A DNA stretch of 60,992 nucleotides, the filler included, from Malassezia furfur (lineage: Eukaryota): NCBI GenBank assembly GCA_052055015.1. It is 4 parts of 4 records of this genome, joined end to end, with 100 filler letters (N's around TTAATTAATTAA, not from the genome) between each part and the next. Parts side by side here need not be neighbours in the genome. Positions count along the whole stretch, not along the records: positions 1 to 15,323 come from JBQJIT010000275.1; 3 more parts are not named here. One strand, written 5' to 3'. The notes beneath the pieces were generated by a model. The model was not told the origin of the DNA. It did not search any database and saw nothing but the letters and a program-made list of their open reading frames with translations. The position numbers and the translations under genes are program-made. Position 1 is the first letter of the stretch. The number at the start of each line of letters is the position of its first letter. Positions 1 through 10,780 of the stretch are shown here, piece by piece.

Positions 1-2
1 GC

Positions 3-1421
3 GCACGCGGCAGCGGCCCTGCGCCGGCGCTGTCGGGCCTGTCGGGCGTGTCGTCGCTAGCGCTGCCATGGTCCCAGGCCGCGGCGCGCGGCCCCCCGAG
101 CTCGGGGGGGCGTACGGACACCGAGGTGCCGGCAATGATCCCCGAAGAGTCCTCGTCGTTTGACCGGTCGCGGGACGCCACGGCGCCCGTGCCGGCCTCG
201 GCGGCGGTGATGACCGCGCAGAGCTCCGAGGGCGATGTGTCGCTCTACGTCGAGGCGGCCACGACGTCGTTCGAGGCGCCGGCGCCCGCATACGACTCGA
301 TGCTCGAAGAAAGCACCACGTCGGTACGCACGTCGAGCGTCGAGCCGCTCTACTACCGCCCGAGTCACAACCTCGCAGCGGAGCCCGCGCGCCGTGCGGA
401 GCCTGATGCATTTGCCACGCCCACGGCGCCGGCCGGGTCGTTTGTGCCGAATCTCGAGGACCCGGACGAAGAGGCCTTCTTCCGGGCAGGTCTTGCGCTT
501 GAGACGATGCCATTCAATGCCGAAGACAGCGGGTACGCACCGACCTCGTCCGGGTACGCCTCGGTGACCGAAGGCGATGCGTCCGTGTCGCGGAGTGAGC
601 CGCCGGCCGCACCGGCGGAGCGCACCGCACCCCCGGCGCCAGCCGCACCGGCGGCGGCGCACCCGCCCATGTCGGCGCATGTGCCTGCGCTCGCGCCCGT
701 CGCCACGTCGCCCACCGCGCCGTTCCCCGGCACGGACCGCCCGCTCGCCGGGTTTGCACCGTCGTCGTCGTCGTCGTCGCTCGCGCAGGCCAAGTCCGTC
801 CCTGCTTCGTCGAGCCGCAGCAGCCTGCCGTCGAATGCAAGCCGCCCGCCGTCGCGCGGCAATCCGTTCATGGCGCTGCCGACCGCGCGCTCGGGCGACT
901 TGGCGGACACCACTGTGCGTCCGGCGCTGCCGGGCGTGGGCAATCCGTGGCAGTCGGTGCGGCCGAGCGACTCGCTGCGCAGCTCACTCGTGGGCTTCAA
1001 GGCACGCGGCGTGCCCAAGAGCGCGTCGCAGGCCACGAGCGTCGGTGCTGCCGAAGCGTCGCCGCTCGACGTGCAGGCGCAGCCCGAGGGGCCGGTGCAT
1101 GAGCCCAAGGGGCTAGTCGGCACGTCCTCCGCCGCCTCGTCCACGCCGCCGCAGCGCATGGAGCCAAGCGACGACGAGTCGGACACCGACGAGATCCCCA
1201 TGACGACCTCGACGATGCCCAAATCGAGCAGCGTCGTGCGTGTGGTCAACAGGGACGCGTCGCGTTCGTGCATGCACAGTGTGAGTGCCTCTACGAGCAG
1301 TGCGGCTATGGACGCACCTCGACCCGCCTCACGCACGCGCACCTCGCACAAGCGGGTGCCGAGCGCCAGTGTCGAAGAGGTGCCGGACGAGGACGAGGTG
1401 CCAGGGCGATTCCCTGCGTAA
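3..1421 (+). CDS. C-terminal part of a low-complexity Ser/Pro/Ala-rich protein of unknown function (5' truncated by window edge)
   Basis: Frame is open from base 3 to TAA at 1419-1421 and is followed by an AT-rich 3' region. No recognisable domain. Confidence 0.7.
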   Translation, partial: ARGSGPAPALSGLSGVSSLALPWSQAAARGPPSSGGRTDTEVPAMIPEESSSFDRSRDATAPVPASAAVMTAQSSEGDVSLYVEAATTSFEAPAPAYDSMLEESTTSVRTSSVEPLYYRPSHNLAAEPARRAEPDAFATPTAPAGSFVPNLEDPDEEAFFRAGLALETMPFNAEDSGYAPTSSGYASVTEGDASVSRSEPPAAPAERTAPPAPAAPAAAHPPMSAHVPALAPVATSPTAPFPGTDRPLAGFAPSSSSSSLAQAKSVPASSSRSSLPSNASRPPSRGNPFMALPTARSGDLADTTVRPALPGVGNPWQSVRPSDSLRSSLVGFKARGVPKSASQATSVGAAEASPLDVQAQPEGPVHEPKGLVGTSSAASSTPPQRMEPSDDESDTDEIPMTTSTMPKSSSVVRVVNRDASRSCMHSVSASTSSAAMDAPRPASRTRTSHKRVPSASVEEVPDEDEVPGRFPA

Positions 1422-1469
1422 ATAGTACAATGAAAAGGATCGAACAAAGTCGAAGGGTATCAAAACACA

Positions 1470-1746
1470 TCACGCCGAAGCGGCGATGCCAGGCGCAGCC
1501 GCAGGCGGTGCAGCGTCGTCGTCAAGCAGATCCAGCTGGGTTAGCACAGCGCCCACGTACCGGATCGTAGATCACGCGGATGATCAGGGTGCAGCTAGGA
1601 CACCGCGCAATGTCCTCCTCGTCCCGCAGCTGCGCCGGTGTGATCTCAAAGCGGTCACCACATGGACAGGGGTAGTGGAAGACTTGCTTCGCCTCGTCGA
1701 ACTCCATGTCCTCGAGCTCGATTTCATCGTAGAACGACAGCGGCAT
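1470..1746 (-). CDS. DPH3: Diphthamide biosynthesis protein 3 / Kti11 (CSL zinc finger), 2 exons
   Basis: [39 protein letters not shown] 25-nt intron 1560-1536 (GTACGT..CTAACCCAG) gives the acidic tail [10 protein letters not shown]. Confidence 0.95.
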
Positions 1747-1885
1747 TGTGGTCGAGTGGCAACGATTTTTTCCACGTGGAGGTCCCTTTCTTTTTTTGAT
1801 GGTCCGACCTGCGCCTGTGCGCGACGCGCGGTTCGACCTGTCGTCATGGGCTGAGCCCAAGCGCGCCTCGTCGCGCAGGACAGAG

Positions 1886-2918
1886 ATGGCAGGGAAGAAG
1901 AAGCGCACCAAGCGCGAGGCTTCCCCAGTGGAGGAGCCGAGCGAGCACGAGGAGCAGCTCGAGAGCGATGCCGACGACGGCGACAGTGCGTCGGAAGACG
2001 ACAACGCCTCGGCGAACGACGATGCACCGGAGGACGGCAGCTTAGCTAGCGATGACGATGTATCTGAAGGCGACTACGAGGATGCAGGCAGCGAGCAAGA
2101 CGCGGCGGGTGACTACGAGCACAATCTGGCAGGCGCGAGCGACGATGACGACGCACACGACCTACACGACAGCGAGCATGCCCCCCAGCGTGTGCTCACC
2201 CCTGAATCACTCAAGGAGTATGCAAACAAACAACAGAAACGCGGGATCGTCTATGTGAGCCGCATCCCGCCCGGCATGACGCCCGCCAAGGTGCGGCACA
2301 TTTTTTCGCAGTTTGGCGAGGTGGGCCGCATCTACCTGCAGCCCAAGGACAAGGAGCCCAAAGGCGCGCAGAAGCGCAAACGTACTACGGCCAACTTTTC
2401 TGAAGGCTGGGTAGAGTACCTGTCCAAGCGGGTCGCCAAGACGGCCGCCGAGATGATGAACGCCCAGCCGATCGGGTCGCTTGGCGCGAGTGCGCATTCC
2501 TCGCGCCGGTCGCAAACCGGCTCGCGCGTGGCGAACCGGTGGAAAGACGATATCTGGACGATGAAGTACCTGAAAGGGTTCCGGTGGCCGATGCTCATCG
2601 AGCAAATGTGTACGTATCCGCCACACTCACTCAGCACACGAACGTGCCGCACACGCTGCGCGTCTGCGCATGGAACTGGCGCAGTCGGCGCACGAACAGC
2701 GCGACTACCTGCGCAAAGTCGAGCGCTCGCGCATCCAGCGCGAGAAGGAAGCGAAGCGCGCGAAGCGTGGGCTGCCGCAGGAGCCGGCGTCGTCCACGTT
2801 CGAATTCCAGCAGCGTGCCCCCGTGTACCGCGACGTACGCGACCAGCGTGCGGCGCAGCGCACGCCGGCGGCGGCAGCGGATCCACAGATGGACCGTGTC
2901 CTGGACCAAATTTTGTAG
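1886..2918 (+). CDS. ESF2: Pre-rRNA-processing protein Esf2/ABT1, 2 exons
   Basis: Acidic N-terminus and motifs [31 protein letters not shown] 25-nt intron 2610-2634 joins to ..[10 protein letters not shown].. (ORF 2670-2918). Confidence 0.93.
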
Positions 2919-2919
2919 A

Positions 2920-3222
2920 CTACCAACCACCCAGCTGCTCGATCATCGCATCGATCTCGTCCTGGTCGTTCATGTCGAGCTGCGTCAGTGTGCAAGCACG
3001 TACCGAGTCGGCCGTGTCGTCGTCGCCAATGCGCTGGCCGTCAAAGATGAACCGAACGCTGTTCTCGGGCTTGCCCATCCGTTCGGCATAGGCGCGCTTC
3101 AGCTTCGAGAGCTTGGTGGTGCGCTTCACCTTGAAGAACACTTCGTTGCCATCGGCATCCTTGACCTTAATGTTCAGCTGCTCAGGCGCTTCCGGCTTCG
3201 GCACGGTCTGTTCGTCCGCCAT
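2920..3222 (-). CDS. SMT3: SUMO (Smt3), 2 exons
   Basis: LNIKVKD..EVFFKVKRTTKLSKL..VRFIFDGQRI..IDAMIEQLGG-W. In-frame 24-nt intron 3003-2980 (GTACGT..CTGACGCAG). Confidence 0.97.
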   Translation of the reverse strand: MADEQTVPKPEAPEQLNIKVKDADGNEVFFKVKRTTKLSKLKRAYAERMGKPENSVRFIFDGQRIGDDDTADSVRACTLTQLDMNDQDEIDAMIEQLGGW

Positions 3223-3339
3223 GGCGATTTGGGTGACGACGCGCACGCTCGCTCGGCCGTGCTCGTCACGTGAGCGGTCCGGGGGCGGCGAAGCGAAGCG
3301 AAGCCGCACGGTTTGCTTCTTCAACCTGTTGCAGGAAGA

Positions 3340-5163
3340 ATGGCAAGCCAAGGATCCGCAAATCGCTTGGTTCGATTCGTGCAAGAGAACCGCGTTGCGG
3401 TCGTCGCACTGGCGGCGGCAGCCACGGTGGCGAGTGCCGCGGGCGTGTATTACTACACGAATGCGCCACCGGCCGCACGCAAGCCGCCGAGCACGGACGA
3501 TAACGAAAAGGCCGCTGCGGCCGCGAAGAAGAAGCGCTCCAAGAAGGCGAAGAAGACCAAGTCGTCTTCGATCGAGAAGCCCGATGGGCCGCTGCTGGAC
3601 GACGCCGAGGACGAGCACCTCGCGCACCTCGACGCCGCCGAGCTGCAGCGTCTCCCGAATGACCGCCGCGAGAGCGTCGCCCAGCACCTCAAGGGCCTGG
3701 GCAATAAGGCGTACTCCTCGAAAAAGTACGAGGAGGCCATCACGCACTACACCAAGGCGATTGCTGCGTGGCCCTCGGCCGTGTTTTTCAGCAACCGTGC
3801 GGCGTGCTACGCCAACCTCGGCAAGCCGCAGGATGTGATCAACGACTGCAACGAGGCGCTCAAGATCGACCGTACATACGTCAAGGCGCTCAACCGGCGT
3901 GCGGTCGCTGCTGAGCAGCTCGGCGACAAGGCCGATGCTGAGGGCAAGGAAGGCGACGAGGCGCGCTCGCGTCTCGAACAGAGTCTGGGCGACTTTACGG
4001 CGGTGGCCATCCTCGGTCACTTCCGTGACACGACGGCGACGGCCAGTGTCGAGCGCGTGCTCAAGAAGCTCGCGTCGGGCAAGGCGCAGCTGATGCTCAA
4101 GACGCGCGAGCCGCGCCTGCCCTCGCCGACGTTTGTCACGGCGTACCTCGAGGCGTTCCGCCCCAAGGCGCCGCCGGCGATCCCTGACGATGCGCAGAAG
4201 GGCGATGCGACGCTGAAGAAGGCGTACGAGGCGCTGCAGGCGCGCGACTACGCGCACGCCCTGACGCTCTTTGGCGAGGCCATTGAGCAGGGCCTCAGCA
4301 CGCCCGAGCTCGAGGCGAACGCGTACAACATGCGCGGCACGTTCTACTTTGTGATCGGTCTGGCAGACAAGGCGCTCGCTGACTTCAACAAGAGCACAGA
4401 GCTTGTGCCCGACTACGTGCTGAGCTGGGTGAAGAAGGCCAGCGTCCACATGGAGCTGGGCGACAAGGACGAGGCCTTCCGCGACTTTGACCGTGCGATC
4501 CAGGCAGACGCCAACGATCCGGACATTTACTACCACCGCGGCCAGGTCAACTTTATCCTCGGCGACTTTGACGCGGCGATTGCCGACTACGAAAAGTCGA
4601 CGCAGCTCGACGACAAGTTTATCTTCTCGCAGGTGCAGCATGCCGTGGCCAACTACAAGCTTGGCCATGTTGCCAAGAGCACCGCTGAGTTCCGCCGCAT
4701 TCTCAAGGCCTTCTCGGAGGCGTCCGAGGCGTACAACTACTACGGTGAGCTGCTCCTCGACCAGCAGCGCCACGAGGATGCCATCGCCAACTTTGACAAG
4801 AGCATCGAGCTGGAGCGCGCCGACCCGAAGAGTACCAACGTGCTCGCGATGATCAACAAGGCGCTCGTCCTCTTCCAGTGGAAGCAGGACCTGACCGGTG
4901 CTGAGGAGCTGTGCCGCAAGGCGCTCGAGATCGACCCCGACTGCGACGTGGCGCTCGCGACGCTGGCGCAGCTCAGCCTGCAGCAGAGCAAGATCCCTGA
5001 GGCCATCGAGTACTTCCGCCGCTCGGCGGAGATTGCGCGCACCGAGGCCGAGCTGGTGAACGCAATCACATACGAACACGCCTCGCGTGCGCAGCTGCAG
5101 TTCATCCGCAACTACCCCGAGCAGGGCGCCGCGCTGAGTCAGATGGCCAGCTCCCTGGTCTAG
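3340..5163 (+). CDS. TOM70: Mitochondrial import receptor Tom70 (TPR)
   Basis: N-terminal TM (AAGVYYY), basic linker, TPRs (LKGLGNKAY, FFSNRAACY, DIYYHRGQ). Confidence 0.95.
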   Translation: MASQGSANRLVRFVQENRVAVVALAAAATVASAAGVYYYTNAPPAARKPPSTDDNEKAAAAAKKKRSKKAKKTKSSSIEKPDGPLLDDAEDEHLAHLDAAELQRLPNDRRESVAQHLKGLGNKAYSSKKYEEAITHYTKAIAAWPSAVFFSNRAACYANLGKPQDVINDCNEALKIDRTYVKALNRRAVAAEQLGDKADAEGKEGDEARSRLEQSLGDFTAVAILGHFRDTTATASVERVLKKLASGKAQLMLKTREPRLPSPTFVTAYLEAFRPKAPPAIPDDAQKGDATLKKAYEALQARDYAHALTLFGEAIEQGLSTPELEANAYNMRGTFYFVIGLADKALADFNKSTELVPDYVLSWVKKASVHMELGDKDEAFRDFDRAIQADANDPDIYYHRGQVNFILGDFDAAIADYEKSTQLDDKFIFSQVQHAVANYKLGHVAKSTAEFRRILKAFSEASEAYNYYGELLLDQQRHEDAIANFDKSIELERADPKSTNVLAMINKALVLFQWKQDLTGAEELCRKALEIDPDCDVALATLAQLSLQQSKIPEAIEYFRRSAEIARTEAELVNAITYEHASRAQLQFIRNYPEQGAALSQMASSLV

Positions 5164-5187
5164 GTATAGTATTCTACAGCAATAGCA

Positions 5188-6473
5188 TTAGCGGAGAAGC
5201 AACGACCATGCCCCTTCGCGATGGAATTGCGCGCGCTCCCGAAAGTCCCACTGGCGGTGCTTCAGCTTGCCCCAAATCGCCTGATTGCCCTGCGTGAGCG
5301 AGAGGCGCATCGCGAGCCGCTTGCGGCGCGCCGCGTACTCGGTGGCAAGCTGTGTCGAGGACTCGGTGGGCGGTGCGGGCGGCTCGCCCTCCAGGCAGCG
5401 CAGGCACGCCGTCTCGAGCACGATGGGCTCGTGGATGAAGCGGCCCGCAAACTCGTGCACCAGCGCCTGCGCCAAGTCTTTCGAGGAAACGAGGGTATGC
5501 AGCGCGGCGCATGCGTTGGTATACTGCGCGGCGCTGCTGCCATTCGTCTCGATCGCGAGCGAGGCGTGTGACGTTGAGACACGCAGGCGCCGGATGGGGG
5601 TATGGCCGAGTTGCGCCAAAAGCAGAAGCGACTTGGGCACGTCGGACGAAACGTAGATGTCGAGCTCCTCGACCCGCGACCAGATGATCATATTGGAAAA
5701 CAGTTCCGGTCGCTCATTTTCGTAAAAGGGATAGCTCATTACCATGCTCAGGAAGCGCGGCGTACACGCGCGTGGCCGCGGTCGTGCGCGCCACCACTCG
5801 GCGGTGTTGGTGCGTGGGGCAAAGGGGAAGTGCGCCAGGTGCTGCTTAGCCACCTGGTCGGACGGCGCATGTTCTAGCTCGGAGCGCAGCCATCGCGGGA
5901 TGTCGTTGGGATCAACGGGTGGGTACATGGCCTCCTCGGGCTCGTCGCCCATGAGCGGCTGCTCGCCAATGGCCCAGATGGGCTGCGACGACCCCTCGCG
6001 ACGTACCTGCGCCGCATCGCGCAAAAGCGCACGCGACTCGGTCTGCCACAGTGACAGGTACTCGACCGTAGCGCCGCAGTAGTGCAGCAGGCGCAACATC
6101 TCGGATTCCCAGCCGGCGGACGCGGCCGTGAGTCGGGTGATCTGCGTAAGTGAGGCAGACGTACGTCATCGATCCCAAAAAAGATTCCGCGCACATACCC
6201 CGCACATGGAAACGGCGGCGAGGAAGTGCGCATACGGTTGTACCACTTGCGAAAGTCACGGACGTGCCGCGGGAGCACGAGGATGCGGTACAGCGCGTCG
6301 AGGGCCCACACGCGCATTCTTTGGGACACCGCCGAGAGCCGCAGGAGCGCACGTACGGCACCCAATTCGCCCTCGGATGCCGGAATGGACAAGTATTCTA
6401 CCACATGCTGCAGCACCTCGGGCGGCAGCGTCGGCAGGCCGGCCGCGCGGCGGCCCTGCGCCTCAAGTGACAT
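5188..6473 (-). CDS. F-box-like domain protein, 2 exons
   Basis: N-terminal LPTLPPEVLQHVVEYL is F-box-like. A 23-nt intron 6164-6142 fuses ORFs 5874-6488 and 5188-6099 in frame. Confidence 0.7.
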
Positions 6474-6581
6474 GGCGCGGACCGGCAACGTAGGAAGTTA
6501 GTACCTCCACCTTTATGTAATACGGAGCGGGCGGTGGGGCGCGTGCGAGCCAGAGCCGGCCGTTGGTTTTGAACTGTCACA

Positions 6582-7754
6582 ATGCCGCCCTTCAAGAGCC
6601 GCTCGCGCCAGAACTCTGTCGCACCCGATCCGGATGCACCAGTGGTGAGTAACAAGCCACGGAAAAGCATGACCAATATCTTCGGGTCAGGTGCGGGATC
6701 TGCGGGATCCGCGCAGTCTCTGGCGGTCCCCGCGGAGGGGCGGAAGAGCAAGGATGCGGCAGAACGGTCGCCCAAACCGAGTCCAGAACCCGAGGCCTTT
6801 GTACGTGGCATACTGACGCAGGTCCCCCCCTCGGGCCACCCCGGCAACCTAAGTGAGGAGCAGCACCGTGCCTTCCATGAATTCGAAAAGGCGCTAGTGG
6901 ACGCCAACCTTATCAGTTTGGACAACCCGCCGCCTCACCAGTACCCCCAGTTGCTGCGCTTCTTGCGCGCGCGCAATTTTGACGTGGGCGCTGCGCGGGA
7001 AATGTACGCTAATGCCGAAAAATGGAAAGAGTCGATCGAACTCGACAAGTTGTACGACGAGTTTGAGTTTGAGGAGCGGGACGTGGTCGCCAAGCACGGA
7101 TGGCGCATGTACTTCCACAAGACGGACAGGCTAGGCCGTCCCATATTTATCCAAGACCTTTCCAACCTGGAGCCGGACAAGGTGTTCACGCATACCACGC
7201 CCGACCGCATCGTGCGCAACTTTGCCGTGACGCTGGAGCATACGGTGCGACACAAGTACAATGCATGCACCGAGAAACAAGGGCACCTCGTGGATGACAA
7301 CTACATGGTGCTCAACGTCGCCGGTCTTGGGCTGGGCACGTTTTGGTCGATGAAGGGGCAGCTGCAGCAGCTACTCAGCATTCTGGACGACAATTTCCCC
7401 GAGCTGTCTGGGCGCGTACAGATCATCAATGCGCCCTATCTGTTCACCACTGTGTGGTCCTATATCAAGGGGTGGCTCCCTGCGCAAACCGCCGCAAAAA
7501 TCGACATTGCCGGGTCCGATTATCTGCCCAAGGTCGCAAGCTTTGTCGACATGGAGGCCTGGCCCAAGCACCTGGGGGGCAAGTGTGAGTGCTGCGAGTC
7601 GTGTGACTCGACGATGCGCCCGTGTGAGACGAGTGACGCGGGCCCATGGAACACGCCTGCGGCCGCCGACGCCGACGAGGCGTGCAGGCAACCCACCGAC
7701 GCATCCGACCCGGCGCCTGTTGATAACGACGCATCGCATACCGAAAAACAGTAG
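6582..7754 (+). CDS. Sec14-like CRAL-TRIO lipid transfer protein
   Basis: GHPGNLSEEQ, LLRFLRARNFD, FHKTDRLGRPI, NFPELSGRVQIINAP, PKHLGGKC, SDAGPW. Confidence 0.92.
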   Translation: MPPFKSRSRQNSVAPDPDAPVVSNKPRKSMTNIFGSGAGSAGSAQSLAVPAEGRKSKDAAERSPKPSPEPEAFVRGILTQVPPSGHPGNLSEEQHRAFHEFEKALVDANLISLDNPPPHQYPQLLRFLRARNFDVGAAREMYANAEKWKESIELDKLYDEFEFEERDVVAKHGWRMYFHKTDRLGRPIFIQDLSNLEPDKVFTHTTPDRIVRNFAVTLEHTVRHKYNACTEKQGHLVDDNYMVLNVAGLGLGTFWSMKGQLQQLLSILDDNFPELSGRVQIINAPYLFTTVWSYIKGWLPAQTAAKIDIAGSDYLPKVASFVDMEAWPKHLGGKCECCESCDSTMRPCETSDAGPWNTPAAADADEACRQPTDASDPAPVDNDASHTEKQ

Positions 7755-7786
7755 TAGTCCATAAATACATTTACTACGAGAGGGTA

Positions 7787-9589
7787 TCAGGGAGATGGGG
7801 TCGACGCATTGTGCCAGTAATGCGCCATGAGCAGCGCCCATAGGGCGATGTAGCCAAGCACAGCAATGGGCATCACATTGCGCCACATGGCCACTTCCCA
7901 GTGGAAGACGCGCCGCGAGTGGATGCGGGCCGCGCGGTAGTTTTGAAAGAAGCTCGATAGATGGTTCTGCTTCGCCCGCCGACGCCGCCGCGACCGCTCC
8001 GTGCGCGAACGGTGCGCACGCGAGCGCCGCGCATCGACGCGTCGCCGCCATTCGGCGGGGTCCATTCGGGGGTATGGGGTCGAGCTTGACGCGTCGCTCT
8101 CGGTCGTGGTCAGGCCCGAGTCGAGGAAGCGCTGCCTCAGTGTCCGCTCCGACTTGGTGTCCGTCTCAGAGATGTCTGAATCACTCAGCTCGTCCTCGTC
8201 GGCGCTCGGGCCTCCGACAATCACACGGAACAGCCGCACACTCTGCTCGCGGTACCGCGCGTAGCGCCGGTGGTTCACGTCGGAGGCCAGCACCGGGTGC
8301 GATGAACTCTCGCCGGCACTGTAAAGGCCCTCGCCGTCCGAGGCGCCTGTGTCGGGGTAGTCGGATACGGGCGCCTCGTGCTCCGTCTCGTCGACATCCG
8401 TGATGTTGCTAGTGATCCAGCGCACCACCACGTCCATCAGGGCCGTGAAGCTCGACACAAACACCCAGCCACCGACCGGCTGCTGCGACCCAAACAGGTA
8501 CAGCGAGCAACGCACCAGCGACCAGCAGATCGACTGGAATGCCACGAGGCGGATCACCGAGGGGAGCACCGCGTAGTAGATCAGCCAGCGGCGCAGCAGC
8601 AGCGTCATGAGCGACAGTGCATGAAACGCCGTGCACAAAGCCCACGTGCAGCAGATAAAGTGCTCCAGCGCGCCCGGGCGCCGCACGTCGGCAGGCGTGC
8701 GAATCCAGTGGTGCAAGCCCACTTCTTCCATGCCGTGCTTGAACGAAAAGTACGTTCCAAGAATGCCAGGCACCGCAGCAAACAGGCGCAGGCTGTGTAG
8801 CAGCACCATAAAGGCCACCGGGAGCGGCTCGAGCGCCTCAACGGCATCCGTCTTGTACTCGGCGGCACGCTTCGCCTCCACAGCCGACAGATACCGCATG
8901 CGAGAAAGGAACGAGGGAACCAGAGAGGCCAGTGCGTGTGGTCTAGATGGTGCCGGCGAGGAACTGGCTTCGCGCGATGCTTTGATCGGCGCCAGATGGG
9001 GTGCGTGAGCCGTGGACGAGCGCTGCGGTACAGACGTGATCGGCTGTGCCGACGCAACCGGTGGTGCCGACGCGATCAGTGCAGGATCGCCTGATTGGGC
9101 CACGGACGAAATTGTGCGCGCACCAGGCATCGCTGCAGATTCGGCGCCGGACGACGCCGATGCAACGTCGTCCAGCGGTGGGCCCCCCTCCACTGCTGTG
9201 TAAGGTGGCGGCATCTCGTGAGGCACCGTGCTAGAGAGGTGCCTGTGACTGAGCTGCGAATCAGCAGAACTCGGGGGAACTGGACCCAGTACGTTGCCGG
9301 ACGTGCTCCACGGCTCGCCGGACCGGAGCCGGTGGGACGTGCCAGCACGTAACAGATCGTTGTTTTCGCCACGAGACTGCGACAGGTTGGATGAAGAACG
9401 TTTCGACAGATAAGGAACAGAACTGAAACGCCTTCCCCGATCTTCCAGGTACATACCAGGGGAAGAAGCAGGACCGGTCGTTGGTGACGAGGCAGCACTG
9501 AACCGTACACCTGTGTCGGATGACCAACAAATTCCGCACGTTAGATTTGCGCCACCAGGCGCAGCCGTTACTCTAAACTCATGCAACAT
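7787..9589 (-). CDS. Eos1-like ER membrane protein (N-glycosylation/oxidative stress family); start uncertain, alternative Met at 9454
   Basis: Disordered N-terminus then multi-TM region with LLRRWLIYY..VIRL and WITSNI, recalled as Eos1-family motifs. Confidence 0.6.
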   Translation of the reverse strand: MLHEFRVTAAPGGANLTCGICWSSDTGVRFSAASSPTTGPASSPGMYLEDRGRRFSSVPYLSKRSSSNLSQSRGENNDLLRAGTSHRLRSGEPWSTSGNVLGPVPPSSADSQLSHRHLSSTVPHEMPPPYTAVEGGPPLDDVASASSGAESAAMPGARTISSVAQSGDPALIASAPPVASAQPITSVPQRSSTAHAPHLAPIKASREASSSPAPSRPHALASLVPSFLSRMRYLSAVEAKRAAEYKTDAVEALEPLPVAFMVLLHSLRLFAAVPGILGTYFSFKHGMEEVGLHHWIRTPADVRRPGALEHFICCTWALCTAFHALSLMTLLLRRWLIYYAVLPSVIRLVAFQSICWSLVRCSLYLFGSQQPVGGWVFVSSFTALMDVVVRWITSNITDVDETEHEAPVSDYPDTGASDGEGLYSAGESSSHPVLASDVNHRRYARYREQSVRLFRVIVGGPSADEDELSDSDISETDTKSERTLRQRFLDSGLTTTESDASSSTPYPRMDPAEWRRRVDARRSRAHRSRTERSRRRRRAKQNHLSSFFQNYRAARIHSRRVFHWEVAMWRNVMPIAVLGYIALWALLMAHYWHNASTPSP

Positions 9590-9695
9590 TAGTCAGACTT
9601 TTCGCCGTGGATCGGTCCAATGGACCGTTGGCCGGTCCTCCACATAGAGTGCACGCGCTCCTCCTGCAGCTTTCCGTGGTAGCGCGTCGTGGCCT

Positions 9696-10277
9696 ATGTC
9701 GGATTTTTACGTGCGGTACTAGTAGGTGCTGCTTACACGCACGCTTTCTCACACAGTACGGGGCACCAGGGCCGTCATGGCCATGAGTTCCTCGAGTTTG
9801 AATACAGCCGCGGGCGGCTGCGCTACGCCAACAACAGCAATTACCGCAACGACAGCCTCATTCGGAAAGAGAGTAGGTGCACGCGCCTCTGACAGCAGTG
9901 TGGATCAGCCCCTTGGTGGTACAGGAGCTGCGGAGGATCGTGGAGGAAAGCGAGATCATCAAGTGCGTTGCAGCAACTCACCGGCAGGGAGGACGACGCA
10001 CGGTGGCCTAAAAAGAATGTCGTCGGCCGCCAAGAGCTCGAAGTGCGCCTCGGCAAGGAGCATATCTCGTTCGAGGTACGCGTGCACAGCTCACACAGAC
10101 GTCCAAAATTGGGTCACTCGTCGAGGTGCAGGAGAGCGACGACCCCGAGGGGCTGCGGGTCATGTACTATCTGGTCCAGGACCTAAAGGTAGGTCACACG
10201 CCGCGCGCAACTTACACTAGTGCCTTGTATTCAGCCTCATCTCGCTCAACTTCAAAATCAAGCCGATCAGCGTGTAG
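9696..10277 (+). CDS. MAGO: Mago nashi (exon junction complex core), 6 exons
   Basis: Introns 9722-9756, 9873-9898, 9963-9987, 10076-10098 and 10189-10220 give [63 protein letters not shown]. Confidence 0.97.
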
Positions 10278-10371
10278 CACGGCGTAGATCGTCGTCATAC
10301 ACGCACATAGGCCGGTAAAATAATCAGGTATTTCTATCTCCCATACATCGGTGCAGCCCAGGTGCACACGT

Positions 10372-10780
10372 CTACTCCATGATCTTCGCAAGGATCTCCG
10401 AGTCGCGGATGAGCAGGTATTCCTGCGGGTTAGAATCGTGCCCGCATGCACCGCGTACGTACCTCATCGCCGACCTTGATCTGGTTGCCGCCCCACGACG
10501 GGAGCAGGATCTTGTCACCCTCCTTGACGCTCATGGGCACAATCTTGCCATCCTTGTCGGGCGCGCCGGGACCCGCCGCAATGACGTGCGCCTCAGGAAG
10601 GGGCGACGAGGCGCTCGACGACGGCAGGAACAGGCCGGACGCCGTCTTGGTCTCCGGCTTGAAGCGCTGCACGAGCACGCGGTCGAGCAGAGGAACAACG
10701 GACTTGATCGAGCGGATGGTAGAAGAAGCCTGGTGTGGTCAGTGGCCTGCCCTGCCGGCGTGCGGCGCGCCACTTACCAT
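10372..10780 (-). CDS. HSP10: Mitochondrial co-chaperonin Hsp10, 3 exons (first exon is ATG only)
   Basis: Introns 10777-10730 and 10462-10423. Protein PLLDRVLVQR..KTASGLFLP..EYLLIRDSEILAKIME*. Confidence 0.96.

Noticed and set aside
5174..5206. Possible terminal intron in the F-box-like gene
   Set aside because: The donor GTCGTT lacks the +5G seen in all other introns, and no homology supports it.
9689..10220. Apparent frameshifts or pseudogenes in MAGO, GET4, GNAT, ARL8, the acyltransferase and others
   Set aside because: Every frame break is explained by a canonical short GT-AG intron with a branch site.
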